In this document: in pieces, positions 19,514 through 27,700 of the stretch | How positions within the stretch are numbered: the stretch's first letter is position 1 | Layout of the letters: every line of letters starts with the position of its first letter | Assembly (NCBI GenBank): GCA_934725735.1 | Contig: CAKVCP010000001.1 | Location: 1 to 63,047, forward strand | Length of the DNA stretch: 63,047 nucleotides | From: an uncultured Thermoguttaceae bacterium | GTDB taxonomy: Bacteria; Planctomycetota; Planctomycetia; Pirellulales; Thermoguttaceae | Direction: 5' to 3' | The notes under the pieces: model-generated | What the model was told of the DNA's origin: nothing | The model's input: the letters and a program-made list of their open reading frames with translations, nothing else | Databases searched by the model: none | Program-made: the position numbers and the translations under genes

Positions 19514-20946
19514 ATGCTTCAAGCGTCCTGGGGGATCCGAGACGTTTGAAGACGTTCAATTGTTATTTTTACAGGACGACGACTGAATTGTGTCGTCGTC
19601 GTATTGTCCCTTTTTTTACTGAAGGAGTATTGAATGATTTGTATTAGTCATTTAATTGCAGTGGCTTTCAAGCGCCGGAATCCTTTGCATAAACGAAAGG
19701 ACTCGTCGTTGGCTAAGCAGACGACGCGCAAATTGCGGCTTGACGCCCTTGAGTCGCGCAACCTGCTTTCTTGCGCAGGATTCGCCGATCCGGGAGTTCT
19801 GACCGAATCTTTGGATAGTTCGATTGCCGAGTGTCGCGCGACTGAAGCGATCGCCACTCCGCGAGACGCCGATGTGATCTATTTCGATCTTGACGACGCG
19901 CCGTTCTACGGCCCGCTTCCCAAAGAGGCTCACGAAGCCTACAGGAGACTGATTCAAAAGGGGAGCGCGCTTTCTGCGGCGGAATCCGACGCGATTGTCG
20001 AGACTCATTCCCATGATAATACGCTCGAACCTGCCGAACGCGTTAAGCCGTTAGCAGCGAGTCAAGCGTCAATCAAGGAGTATAACTTCGACGCTGAAAC
20101 GTTCGACGTCGGCGGGACGACATATTCGTCTGGCTCCGGAGGAAGCGGTAGCGATAGCGGAGGCGGCGGCTCCAGCGGCGGTTCGACGTCGGGAGGCTCG
20201 ACGTCTAGCGGCGGAACGCATGAGTACTGCTCGCATAATCCTTGGCTTTGCGGCGGTCTTGGAAGCTCTAGTTCTGGAGGAGCTTCCGGCGGCAATTCGA
20301 AACCAGGCTTTTATCTGATAACGGATGATAGCGACGAAATAGTCCTAGTTCTTAACGCCGGCGACGAAGACGAAAATAGCGAGCAAAATGAAAATTTGCA
20401 GCTTGTTGCGTCCAACTTGCCCGTTAAGGAGGTCATTCCTACGAAGAATGGTACAAGTTATAGTTTTACGGTGAAGCTGGATGTTAGTTCTTATGGAACG
20501 ATAAACGGTTCCTTCAAGGTAGTCGACTGCGACGGTCGTGAAAGCCCTAGCGTGGACGTCTGCGTTCGTCCCGTAAAAATCACAGGATTTGAGATTCAGG
20601 AAAAGGCGCCAGGCGCTGAAACCTTTACGTCTCTTGAGGACGACCATGTCGTATGGCAAGAGAATTTGAATCGTGTTGGCTTCAATGTGTTAGGCGATAT
20701 TGACGGAGACGATCCCGACGATTGCGCGGCGTTTATGAGCCTTTTTACTTATCAAGTAAAAGGTCAAGCGTGGACGTGGGATTCGACGGAGAACGACTAC
20801 GTTCGTTCTAATACCTGGAATAGCTTTAACGGCCTTAACGGCGGTTTAGGCGTATACAATCTAGAGATTGATCTTTACGCAAATAATCAGAAATTTAAAT
20901 CGCTGCCTGATAATGATCGTTATTGCTTTAACGCAGTTTCGAGCGT
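19514..20946 (+). repeat. Segmental duplication, copy 1 (leader plus first ~438 codons of the protease gene)
   Basis: Offset to copy 2 is 3867 nt. There are 4 mismatches in the first ~21 nt, then no mismatch found by eye from 19535 to 20946 (1412 nt). All overlapping ORF translations in the track are identical between the copies. Confidence 0.9.
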
Positions 20947-22126
20947 CGCCTGGGAAAACGCGCCAATCGTGTCGACTCCAGGGGAGACTTCTTCTCATTT
21001 GAATTTAATTTCTGACGGTTCCAACGGGGTTAAGGCTTTTGTCGAACAACCGTTGAATACGTCGACAGGCGCATTGAATCCGGAGAAGAATATTGCGACG
21101 GCACGAGTGACGCTTGCTGTGCAACTTCCAGCTGGCATGACGGGAACGGTACACGTCGATTGGTTTGATCCCGATAATCCGATTGGTAGTACGATAACGG
21201 CGAGCGGATATGGGAAAGGAAAACGCGACAATCATGGCACAATTAGCCAGATTAGTAGCAATGTCTTGACGTTTGACGCCCAAACAAACACCCGTCTTCT
21301 TACGTTGACGATAGACGGGGGATATGCCGGCGATAATTATATATTAGCGGCGCATCCCAATTTGGGGGTTATGGGGCGAGCGGAAGTTCGCAATAATAAC
21401 GTAGTGGTTCCAGTGATTGACAACAACGCGTCTGGGGGTTCGTCTAGTAGCGGCGGAAGCTCTGAAGGCGACTATGCGTATGTTACCCTTGATAAAACCT
21501 CAATGCTTACCGTATGGCGCTCGTTGTGGGTGGAACGTGATCAGATGACTTATACTTCTGTGACTGGAAGTGTGGAAATCGCCGATCCCGTACCCATAGA
21601 TGGTATTGTTAGTTCCGAACTGGCTAGAGGATGTATAACGATCAGAGGGTATTCTCCTAATACACGTCCGACGGTTCCAGGAATTTATTCTTATGGTAGT
21701 ACGGAGGAATCCCAAAATTATACAGAGTCTCGCGATTTGGCTATGCCCACCAATACGTCGTGGACGTTGTTGTCTGTAGGAGGTTTTAAGTCTGATATCT
21801 GCGCTGGTTTCTTTGTGAGCAACAACATCGTGGTTTTCTCGGATTTAATCGTTGATGAAGTTCAAGACTGGAATAGGGATCATGAGACAACTTACTCCGC
21901 TTCAGACGCTGTAAGACGTACTGCATTGCATGAAATCGGTCATGCTTTTGGTTTGGGAGACATTACACTGGATGAAGGGGAAGAGATAACAGACGATCAC
22001 GTTGGCATTATGGTAACGGGGGCAGGATTTGATTGGGATTACCGCATGGCTCCTGAAAATATGGCTTTTACTATTGATAATCTTCAGCAAATACAAAGTC
22101 GGCTTTGCCCTGTGGGCAATTTCTAA
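19634..22126 (+). CDS. Large extracellular-type protein MP1: LExRxLL N-terminal motif, G/S-rich linkers, C-terminal metzincin-like Zn-protease module
   Basis: RBS GAAGGAG. N-terminus RKLRLDALESRNLLS. G/S tracts (SGSGGSGSDSGGGGSSGGSTSGGSTSSGG; ASGGSSSSGGSS). HEIGHAFGLGD (HExxHxxGxxD) followed by HVGIMV (Met-turn candidate). Confidence 0.85.
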   Translation: MICISHLIAVAFKRRNPLHKRKDSSLAKQTTRKLRLDALESRNLLSCAGFADPGVLTESLDSSIAECRATEAIATPRDADVIYFDLDDAPFYGPLPKEAHEAYRRLIQKGSALSAAESDAIVETHSHDNTLEPAERVKPLAASQASIKEYNFDAETFDVGGTTYSSGSGGSGSDSGGGGSSGGSTSGGSTSSGGTHEYCSHNPWLCGGLGSSSSGGASGGNSKPGFYLITDDSDEIVLVLNAGDEDENSEQNENLQLVASNLPVKEVIPTKNGTSYSFTVKLDVSSYGTINGSFKVVDCDGRESPSVDVCVRPVKITGFEIQEKAPGAETFTSLEDDHVVWQENLNRVGFNVLGDIDGDDPDDCAAFMSLFTYQVKGQAWTWDSTENDYVRSNTWNSFNGLNGGLGVYNLEIDLYANNQKFKSLPDNDRYCFNAVSSVAWENAPIVSTPGETSSHLNLISDGSNGVKAFVEQPLNTSTGALNPEKNIATARVTLAVQLPAGMTGTVHVDWFDPDNPIGSTITASGYGKGKRDNHGTISQISSNVLTFDAQTNTRLLTLTIDGGYAGDNYILAAHPNLGVMGRAEVRNNNVVVPVIDNNASGGSSSSGGSSEGDYAYVTLDKTSMLTVWRSLWVERDQMTYTSVTGSVEIADPVPIDGIVSSELARGCITIRGYSPNTRPTVPGIYSYGSTEESQNYTESRDLAMPTNTSWTLLSVGGFKSDICAGFFVSNNIVVFSDLIVDEVQDWNRDHETTYSASDAVRRTALHEIGHAFGLGDITLDEGEEITDDHVGIMVTGAGFDWDYRMAPENMAFTIDNLQQIQSRLCPVGNF

Positions 22127-22161
22127 TCACTGGATTCAAACAATAATAGAAGGTGAAAATC

Positions 22162-23361
22162 ATGCAAGCGTCAGTTCTTTTTAGCCTGTTTGCCTCGCTA
22201 TTGACGATCTTGTGGGGAGGATGGAGTAACGTAGGATATGCCGCAGAGTATCTTCCTGTCTCGGGAGAAGAATTGAACATTCCCCTCGCTCGTGAGTCGA
22301 CGGAGGATCTCTCGCTTGAGCGCACTCTGGCGATTTTCCCGGCTGAGGTTTACTTTGGCGATTCATTGTACTTGCTCCATTGCGACTTTAACAAATCAGA
22401 CTCAACGCTGAAAGGTCTTATGGATTTGCCATATTCTTTACGCGTTGGTTTTAACGGAGTCCAAATCACGTCAGAGCTCTCTGAATATTCTTACGAATAT
22501 GTTTTCGAAAAACAAAATAGTTTTTTGGATGACGCTCTTTATTCGTACAGACCCGATAGATTTTTACCGGGCGAACGAAAAAGTGGATTCTATACGATCA
22601 TTGATTTGCCCCCCTTAGAGGATTGGGATGATCCTTTTTGGAAGGATATACGAGAGAAAATGACTCCAGAGGGAATTGCGTGTTCTTTAAGCTTTCGAAT
22701 CTCTGTTGGACGATTCGCTTTGGCAGACGCCCCAAAAAATGTTGAGTCTTCGCCTGCCGAAAGGAAGTTGACTACGACAGAGAATGTTAAGGCGTCCTTT
22801 GTGATCAAACCTCGTCCAAACGATGAACTATCGCTCTTAGAAAAGTGGTATAACAACACGCCCAAGGAATTGTTTCCAGTAAGGAAGGGGTCTTATAAGG
22901 TTCCTTCAAGTGGGAGCGTCATTCCTGATAATAAGGAAAGTCACATCAAGGTGGGGGATAAGGATTTTTCCCCATGGCGTTTGATTCGAGTCGGAAATCG
23001 CAAACCCTCCGATCCCAATAATCCGACGACGCTAGAGGGATGGCAGAAGCTTGAAGCGCAATTATCGCCCAGTACGATGCGCGACGAGATTCGTTTAACG
23101 CGTCTTCAATTGGAGTACTATTCAGCCGACAGCGAAGAACGTTCTGAATACTGGAAAAACGAGCTGGTAAATTGGCTTTCAACTCTTCCAGAGTCTCAAC
23201 GAACGGCGTACGTTGGAATGATCTGGCGTCAAGGCGTTGGTCAGACAATTCCGGAATATTCCAGTAAGAGTAAGGCTTTGACGATTGCTCTTGAACCGCT
23301 TATGGGAGACGGAACGAAGTATTTTTTTAAAAAGGTAGAAAAACTTTACAGACAACCATAA
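22162..23361 (+). CDS. Exported family-A paralog A2
   Basis: Starts 36 nt after the MP1 stop (ATG 22162 with GAAGGTG RBS; the ORF track uses GTG 22153). Has a signal peptide, LPPLEDWDDPFWKDIREKMTPEG, and GNRKPSDPNNPTTLEGWQKLEAQLSPSTMRDEIRLTRLQLEYY. Confidence 0.8.
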   Translation: MQASVLFSLFASLLTILWGGWSNVGYAAEYLPVSGEELNIPLARESTEDLSLERTLAIFPAEVYFGDSLYLLHCDFNKSDSTLKGLMDLPYSLRVGFNGVQITSELSEYSYEYVFEKQNSFLDDALYSYRPDRFLPGERKSGFYTIIDLPPLEDWDDPFWKDIREKMTPEGIACSLSFRISVGRFALADAPKNVESSPAERKLTTTENVKASFVIKPRPNDELSLLEKWYNNTPKELFPVRKGSYKVPSSGSVIPDNKESHIKVGDKDFSPWRLIRVGNRKPSDPNNPTTLEGWQKLEAQLSPSTMRDEIRLTRLQLEYYSADSEERSEYWKNELVNWLSTLPESQRTAYVGMIWRQGVGQTIPEYSSKSKALTIALEPLMGDGTKYFFKKVEKLYRQP

Positions 23362-23380
23362 GTCTATATTAGTTTTTGCA

Positions 23381-24813
23381 ATGCTTCAGACGTCTTGGGG
23401 TATCCGAGACGTTTGAAGACGTTCAATTGTTATTTTTACAGGACGACGACTGAATTGTGTCGTCGTCGTATTGTCCCTTTTTTTACTGAAGGAGTATTGA
23501 ATGATTTGTATTAGTCATTTAATTGCAGTGGCTTTCAAGCGCCGGAATCCTTTGCATAAACGAAAGGACTCGTCGTTGGCTAAGCAGACGACGCGCAAAT
23601 TGCGGCTTGACGCCCTTGAGTCGCGCAACCTGCTTTCTTGCGCAGGATTCGCCGATCCGGGAGTTCTGACCGAATCTTTGGATAGTTCGATTGCCGAGTG
23701 TCGCGCGACTGAAGCGATCGCCACTCCGCGAGACGCCGATGTGATCTATTTCGATCTTGACGACGCGCCGTTCTACGGCCCGCTTCCCAAAGAGGCTCAC
23801 GAAGCCTACAGGAGACTGATTCAAAAGGGGAGCGCGCTTTCTGCGGCGGAATCCGACGCGATTGTCGAGACTCATTCCCATGATAATACGCTCGAACCTG
23901 CCGAACGCGTTAAGCCGTTAGCAGCGAGTCAAGCGTCAATCAAGGAGTATAACTTCGACGCTGAAACGTTCGACGTCGGCGGGACGACATATTCGTCTGG
24001 CTCCGGAGGAAGCGGTAGCGATAGCGGAGGCGGCGGCTCCAGCGGCGGTTCGACGTCGGGAGGCTCGACGTCTAGCGGCGGAACGCATGAGTACTGCTCG
24101 CATAATCCTTGGCTTTGCGGCGGTCTTGGAAGCTCTAGTTCTGGAGGAGCTTCCGGCGGCAATTCGAAACCAGGCTTTTATCTGATAACGGATGATAGCG
24201 ACGAAATAGTCCTAGTTCTTAACGCCGGCGACGAAGACGAAAATAGCGAGCAAAATGAAAATTTGCAGCTTGTTGCGTCCAACTTGCCCGTTAAGGAGGT
24301 CATTCCTACGAAGAATGGTACAAGTTATAGTTTTACGGTGAAGCTGGATGTTAGTTCTTATGGAACGATAAACGGTTCCTTCAAGGTAGTCGACTGCGAC
24401 GGTCGTGAAAGCCCTAGCGTGGACGTCTGCGTTCGTCCCGTAAAAATCACAGGATTTGAGATTCAGGAAAAGGCGCCAGGCGCTGAAACCTTTACGTCTC
24501 TTGAGGACGACCATGTCGTATGGCAAGAGAATTTGAATCGTGTTGGCTTCAATGTGTTAGGCGATATTGACGGAGACGATCCCGACGATTGCGCGGCGTT
24601 TATGAGCCTTTTTACTTATCAAGTAAAAGGTCAAGCGTGGACGTGGGATTCGACGGAGAACGACTACGTTCGTTCTAATACCTGGAATAGCTTTAACGGC
24701 CTTAACGGCGGTTTAGGCGTATACAATCTAGAGATTGATCTTTACGCAAATAATCAGAAATTTAAATCGCTGCCTGATAATGATCGTTATTGCTTTAACG
24801 CAGTTTCGAGCGT
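23381..24813 (+). repeat. Segmental duplication, copy 2
   Basis: See copy 1. The identity block is 23402-24813. The first difference after the block is gagcgtCgcc versus gagcgtTgcc. Confidence 0.9.
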
Positions 24814-26026
24814 TGCCTGGGAAAACTCTCAAGAGTCGTTAACTCCAGGGGAGACTTCTTCTCATTTGAATTTAATTTCTGACGGTTACAACGGCTATAA
24901 GGCGTTTGTCGAACAACCGTTGAATACGTCGACAGGCGCATTGAATCCAGAGAAGAATATTGCGACGGCACGAGTGACGCTTGCTGTGCAACTTCCAGTC
25001 GGCATGACGGCGACGGTATGTGTCGATTGGTTTGACCCCGATAATCCGATTGGCAGTACGATAACGGCGAGCGGATATGGAAAAGGAAAACGCGACAATC
25101 ATGGCACAATTAGCCAGATTAGCAGCAATGTCTTGACGTTTAACGTGGTAACGGGACCCCGCTCCGGCTTCGTTACGTTGACAATTAACGGGGGATATGC
25201 CGGCGATAATTATATATTAGCGGCGCATCCCAATTTTGGGGTTATGGAACGGGCTGAAGTTCGTAACAATAACGTAGTCGTTCCAGTGACCGACAACAAC
25301 GCGTCTGGCGGTTCGTCCAGTAGCGGCGGAAGCTCTGGAGGCGACGACGCTTATGCAGCTTTCCTTGATAAAACCTCAATGCTTACCGTATGGCGCTCGT
25401 TGTGGGTGGAACGGGATCGGATGACTTTCACTTTCCCAACTGAAAGCGTGCAAACAGCTGCTTCTGTTTTGATTGACGGAATCGTCGAAACTCAATTAGC
25501 TCGTGCCTGCGTTGATGTGAAGGAATATTCTCCTAATAACTTTGTGTTGGTTCAAGGAGTGGAAAAGGATGATCCGCAGGCGTACTGGGGAAATTATCTT
25601 ACGTATCGTGATTGTCCTGTTTCGTCAAATTCATTTTGGGCTATCTATTCGATCGGCGCTTTTAATACAGTAAGAGGCGCTTGTGCAACACGGGGGGGAA
25701 ATACCTTGGTTGCTTATAACTGGAATATCGCCGCTGAGCTTGCCAAGTGGAATGACAAGCATCCGAACTCTACGATTTCAGTCGCTTCCTTGCTCAATCG
25801 AAGGATCATTCTTCATGAACTGGGGCATTTTTTGGGATTGCAAGACGGCTCCACCGGAGTTATGTGGTCGGAAGAAAAGGAGGAGGATGAGGATCTTAAT
25901 CTTCAAGCTCTAATCGATTCTGAAAACATCGTGTTCACGATCGACAACTTGAAAACGATTCAATCGCAAAGTATGCCAATCGTCGTCCAGGGGTTTGAAG
26001 ATTATCTTTTGCGACATAAGAACTGA
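23501..26026 (+). CDS. Large extracellular-type protein MP2: same N-terminal ~438 aa as MP1, divergent C-terminal metzincin-like module
   Basis: Relative to MP1, aa 1-~438 are identical, ~439-640 are about 85-90% identical, and the last ~200 aa are strongly divergent. HELGHFLGLQD (HExxHxxGxxD) followed by GVMW. Confidence 0.85.
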   Translation: MICISHLIAVAFKRRNPLHKRKDSSLAKQTTRKLRLDALESRNLLSCAGFADPGVLTESLDSSIAECRATEAIATPRDADVIYFDLDDAPFYGPLPKEAHEAYRRLIQKGSALSAAESDAIVETHSHDNTLEPAERVKPLAASQASIKEYNFDAETFDVGGTTYSSGSGGSGSDSGGGGSSGGSTSGGSTSSGGTHEYCSHNPWLCGGLGSSSSGGASGGNSKPGFYLITDDSDEIVLVLNAGDEDENSEQNENLQLVASNLPVKEVIPTKNGTSYSFTVKLDVSSYGTINGSFKVVDCDGRESPSVDVCVRPVKITGFEIQEKAPGAETFTSLEDDHVVWQENLNRVGFNVLGDIDGDDPDDCAAFMSLFTYQVKGQAWTWDSTENDYVRSNTWNSFNGLNGGLGVYNLEIDLYANNQKFKSLPDNDRYCFNAVSSVAWENSQESLTPGETSSHLNLISDGYNGYKAFVEQPLNTSTGALNPEKNIATARVTLAVQLPVGMTATVCVDWFDPDNPIGSTITASGYGKGKRDNHGTISQISSNVLTFNVVTGPRSGFVTLTINGGYAGDNYILAAHPNFGVMERAEVRNNNVVVPVTDNNASGGSSSSGGSSGGDDAYAAFLDKTSMLTVWRSLWVERDRMTFTFPTESVQTAASVLIDGIVETQLARACVDVKEYSPNNFVLVQGVEKDDPQAYWGNYLTYRDCPVSSNSFWAIYSIGAFNTVRGACATRGGNTLVAYNWNIAAELAKWNDKHPNSTISVASLLNRRIILHELGHFLGLQDGSTGVMWSEEKEEDEDLNLQALIDSENIVFTIDNLKTIQSQSMPIVVQGFEDYLLRHKN

Positions 26027-26074
26027 GTTTTTTTCGAGTTTCTCGAAAACACAATTTAATAGGGATAAATATTT

Positions 26075-27532
26075 ATGATAAAAAAATTTTGGAGAGTTCC
26101 CGTCGTCGCGGCTCTTCTGGCATGCTTATGCGTTTTGAACAGGGCTCCCGCCGATAGCTATGTTCCTCAATCAGCCGAAACTGCTACGTTTAAGGGAATC
26201 CGTCATGATGGGGACAAATCGGAATGGTCGTTTGAAATTTTTCCTAAGGAAATGACGTATGGCGATTTCGCGTATGTTCTTGAACGCAGAACCAACGTCT
26301 CTGGCGAGACGATCAAGAATTATCCGATTTTCGGGGATCCGTTCGTCAAAGTTTGGGAAGAGCCCAATTCTGTTGTCCTAACGGCTGAAGGGATCGAGGG
26401 AGAATATCGTTGGAAGCAGGAGTACCCGTCGAGTTTCGAGAGCGATTACTTTTGTTTCGATGGTAAGGATCTCGCCCCAAACGAAAGCGTGATAAAATCG
26501 AGACTAGTTCTCGATTTTCCCCCTGTGGAGGATTGGAACTCGCCATTTTGGAAGGCTTTACGCGATAAGGTAACCCCCGAAGGAATTAAATGTTCGTTGA
26601 AGTTTAATTATCCTCACTCCTTGAAAACAGAAGACAAGTCTCGTCCAAAATACGTGCAAGAAAGCGTTTGTTACGAATTTCTCATGAAATCAAGGCCTGA
26701 AAGTGAAATGAGTCTCTTGGAAGATTGGGTTAAGGCGTCAAGCGACAAATATCTTCCGTATGAGACGGAGTGGAAAAAATTTTGGAAAGGCCGAGGAAAG
26801 AAGAGTACAAATCAGATTTCTCTTGGGTTAAACAAGTATAATGTGAGCTCCTTTGTTAGACTTGGAAATAGAAAACCGTCTGACCCGAACTCTCCGACCT
26901 CGCTGAAAGGGTGGCGGGAACTTGAATCCAGCCTAGCCCCAAGCTCGATGCGCGACGAGATTCATTTAACTTGTCTTTTGCTGGAGTACTACGGTTCGAT
27001 TACTAACAAAGGGAAAGCTGAATCAAGCCGAAAAATAGCGGATTGGTTGGCGAGTTTGCCTGCCCCTCAGCGCGTAGCGCTGAGCTCTTATTTGGTTACC
27101 GACGGCGAGAGCCTTTGCGACGAGAGTCTCAAGGAAGATTACTATAAGTTGACGAGGGCTATCTACAATCTCTTGGAGCCTTCCGCTCAACGCGTCGTAT
27201 ATCAGCGCGAGTATGATAGGGGAGAGGAGTCTTTACTGGTTCCGCCGACCGGAATGGTGGTACAACGCACCCTTGAGGACGATATTCGACCGACCGCCGA
27301 AGATTTCGCCCAGGGCAAATGCGAGCTTGCCGACGGTTTTCGATTGACGACGCTAACCGGACCGTCGAAAACGATTCCGGCTGTTCTGAAATTCGTTTCC
27401 TATGACGCCGAAACACAAATGGCGACGATGAGAACTCGATCAGGATATCCATTATACTTTTCTCTCAATGAATTTAGCGATCAGGATCGATTGTACATCT
27501 TGGAGGAAAGTAAAAAGAGCGTGAAACCGTAA
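26075..27532 (+). CDS. Exported family-A paralog A3 (long form with C-terminal SHD1-like extension)
   Basis: Starts 49 nt after the MP2 stop. Lipobox-like LLAC. FPPVEDWNSPFWKALRDKVTPEG; GNRKPSDPNSPTSLKGWRELESSLAPSSMRDEIHLTCLLLEYY. Has an extra ~130 aa C-terminal region. Confidence 0.8.
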   Translation: MIKKFWRVPVVAALLACLCVLNRAPADSYVPQSAETATFKGIRHDGDKSEWSFEIFPKEMTYGDFAYVLERRTNVSGETIKNYPIFGDPFVKVWEEPNSVVLTAEGIEGEYRWKQEYPSSFESDYFCFDGKDLAPNESVIKSRLVLDFPPVEDWNSPFWKALRDKVTPEGIKCSLKFNYPHSLKTEDKSRPKYVQESVCYEFLMKSRPESEMSLLEDWVKASSDKYLPYETEWKKFWKGRGKKSTNQISLGLNKYNVSSFVRLGNRKPSDPNSPTSLKGWRELESSLAPSSMRDEIHLTCLLLEYYGSITNKGKAESSRKIADWLASLPAPQRVALSSYLVTDGESLCDESLKEDYYKLTRAIYNLLEPSAQRVVYQREYDRGEESLLVPPTGMVVQRTLEDDIRPTAEDFAQGKCELADGFRLTTLTGPSKTIPAVLKFVSYDAETQMATMRTRSGYPLYFSLNEFSDQDRLYILEESKKSVKP

Positions 27533-27544
27533 CGCGTTCTAAGA

Positions 27545-27665
27545 GTAAAGCAATGCATGAAGAGGTAACGCTCAAAATCCGCTCTTGGATTGGAGGCGTC
27601 GCTCCTATTTCATCCCCTAATAGGACGGCGATAACGACGCGCAAGCCTCTTCATGTATTTGCTTG
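27545..27665 (+). pseudogene. Decayed 5' fragment of a GT4 glycosyltransferase paralog
   Basis: Aligns with the RBS and first ~40 codons of the 18200 gene (aagcaatgcat...ggcgataacgacgcgc...cttcatg). It encodes MHEEVTLKIRSW...AITTRKPLH and then stops. Confidence 0.7.
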
Positions 27666-27700
27666 CCGGTGGCAAACACAACGTTTGTAGTGGAAATGAA

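Noticed and set aside
20130-20300. G/S-rich low-complexity tract (also at 21430-21470 and the duplicated copies), considered as a possible microsatellite or contingency repeat.
   Set aside because: The codons are heterogeneous (ggc/agc/tcg/gga mixes) with no exact tandem unit. It is best read as a flexible linker in the protein.
20947-21550. Possible diversity-generating retroelement (DGR) target, considered because the two protease genes show clustered substitutions after the identity block.
   Set aside because: There is no reverse transcriptase or template repeat in the window. The substitutions are not adenine-specific and include indel-like replacements.
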